Below, one piece after another: positions 62,372-64,000 of a stretch of 64,000 nucleotides of DNA (its first letter is position 1; the number at the start of each line of letters is the position of its first letter). The notes beneath the pieces are model-generated. The model searched no databases and was not told the DNA's origin. It saw only the letters and a list, made by a program, of their open reading frames with translations. Made by a program: the position numbers and the translations under genes. The DNA is from Camelus dromedarius (lineage: Eukaryota): NCBI RefSeq assembly GCF_036321535.1, contig NC_087438.1, forward strand, positions 3,040,001 through 3,104,000, in the 5' to 3' direction.

Positions 62372-64000
62372 CCGTTGTGTATATATGTGCACACTACATC
62401 TTCTTTATCCAGTCATCTGTCGTCCATCGTTGGACATTTAGGTTGCTTCTATGTCTTGGCTGTCTTGGAAGCTTAACTTCAAATCCTAATTCTTCTACAG
62501 ACTTCAAGAAATTCCTTTATTCTTGGCTGTGCTGGTGTCGTGGAGGCACCCCCGTGTCAGCGCCCTGAATGGACGAGCAGTGAAGGGGGTCAACCTGACC
62601 TGTGTGGCACTGCCCTGCTTCCAGCTGAGCCCCTGACCACACAGGCCTCTGGGGCAGAAGGTGGATGGACTGTGAGGCCAAGCCAGCCTGCGGCTCTCTG
62701 CCTGGCGGAAGGGAGAGACAGAGCAGACTTCTGTGGGAGGTGGGGACTCAGGTTTCCCTGGAGACATGGAGAGTGGCAGGGGTGTGCCAACCTCCAGTTT
62801 AGTGGAGATGACATGATCCCACCACCCCATTATTACATTAAAATGCCTTGAACCTGAACACATTTGAAGGTGGGTCTCGGCACAGAAAGGGGGATTTTGC
62901 CCACACGAGGAGGGCCACATGGCTGGTCTACGTGGCAAGTCTGGTCCAGGAGCTTCTATCCCCAGGGCCTCTCCATGGGGCTGGCAGGGCCCAGACCCGT
63001 GGCACATGACCCAGACACCGCAGCTCCAACCCAGATGAGCTGCTAACAAGGGGACTCTTCCTCAAATCTGCATAGATTCTAAAGCAAAATGTCCTGGCTG
63101 GCTCAGGACAATTCAATTATTTGTCATGAAAATAAAAGGGCACCAATAATACATAAGGCACTTTTTTGTGAAAACCTTCATTCTCCCAATGCCATGTTCT
63201 TCCCCCAATTCTTCCCTGATCTCCTTGCAGACCAGGAGCGACCAGGGCCAGTCAGTGACACCCTGAAGGGGGCTCCTCTGGCTTCCTGGCCTGTGGAACC
63301 TGGAAATGGTGCTCAGGGCCATGTGTCCACACCCAGGGCCCAGGGCTTGTTTCTCTCCTGGCGGACTTACCATTATGAGCAAGGCTCACAGGGACCTTGT
63401 TTGGGATAAGCCCCCAGCTTGGCTTTTCTTGCAGGCTCGAACAGTCTTTGGGAAAATTCTAACCTTTCATCAGAAGACTCATTCCCAACAGGCTAATGAA
63501 ACTGTTAGTCTGAGACCAGAGATGCATCCTCGGTGAAGACACAGCTTGGGTCACCATGTGTGCAGAGATCAGGGGGCTGACCTGGGGAGGGAGGATGGGG
63601 GAAGGGGCAGCAAAACGAGACCTCCAGTGACGTTGCTCTGCAGACAGTGTCCTCTGGGAAGCTGGGTGGGGTCCAAACACCCAGCAGTGGGGCAGGTGAC
63701 CAGGACTGGGATCATGGTTCCTGCAAGCGGGCAATTCTCAGCACCACGGGGAGAAGGAGCAGAGAAGTGGAGACAGCAAATGAGCCCAAGCTCCGGATCC
63801 TAGGCTGTACTCACTCTCCAGGAGAAAGAGGAGAGAAGGAGAAGGAGGAGGAAGAGGAGAAGAAAGAGACAAGTGAAAGCAGATGGAATCTACATAAAGA
63901 AAAGCTTGTCTATGATAACAAAAATACACACTGTATGACTCAATCCATATGATACCCAAGAATGGGCCAAACTCACTTAGGCCAGTGAAAGTCAGACCGG

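Larger units (their letters stand above)
61753..62467 (-). mobile_element. Cetartiodactyl-type L1 3' end, interrupted by a SINE
   Basis: GTGTTAGTTTCTGGTGTACA..TGGTAACCATAAATTTGTTTTCT..CATGTTGCTGCAAATGGCAGAATTTC..GGACATTTAGGTTG. Confidence 0.85.

Noticed and set aside
62504..63049. Longest ORF in the window (181 aa, minus strand)
   Set aside because: No recognisable homology, it overlaps chance ORFs in other frames, and its composition is typical of GC-rich non-coding DNA.
63737..63757. REST/RE1-like motif CTCAGCACCACGGGGAGAAGG
   Set aside because: The left half matches, but the right half deviates strongly from GGACAGCGCC. Too weak without ChIP data.
1..64000. CRISPR array, operon, endogenous viral coding sequence or other novel multi-gene system
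   Set aside because: No regularly spaced repeat-spacer array, no gene-dense ORF cluster and no gag/pol/env or other viral-like ORF. The content is consistent with ordinary mammalian intergenic, intronic and UTR DNA.

Overview
This is mammalian genomic DNA, most likely camelid. The inference rests on two tRNA-Ala-derived SINEs of the Vic-1 type and several young L1 3' ends of the camelid type. There is no long credible ORF: the ORF track is chance ORFs, GC-rich CpG-island frames, microsatellite frames and decayed L1 fragments. Positions ~1-44.8 kb are mostly intergenic and rich in transposon debris (L1, L2, MIR, MLT1/MLT2 and other ERV solo LTRs, hAT MERs). That part also holds an apparently orphan CpG island at ~10.0-10.8 kb. 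Positions ~45-60 kb are TE-poor and richer in CpG. They contain an enhancer-like motif cluster at ~45.9-47.3 kb and what looks like the terminal exon plus a ~4 kb 3' UTR of an unidentified minus-strand gene (~50.4-54.6 kb), whose last intron would run off the right end. I found no support for a novel biological system. The best leads are regulatory or genome-evolution observations: the unidentified terminal exon, the DR1/Sox/Oct cluster, the orphan CpG island, a 32-bp target-site duplication, a diverged ~140-bp duplication and an inverted SINE pair. Repeat family names come from recalled consensus motifs, not from a search, and the boundaries of old repeats are approximate.
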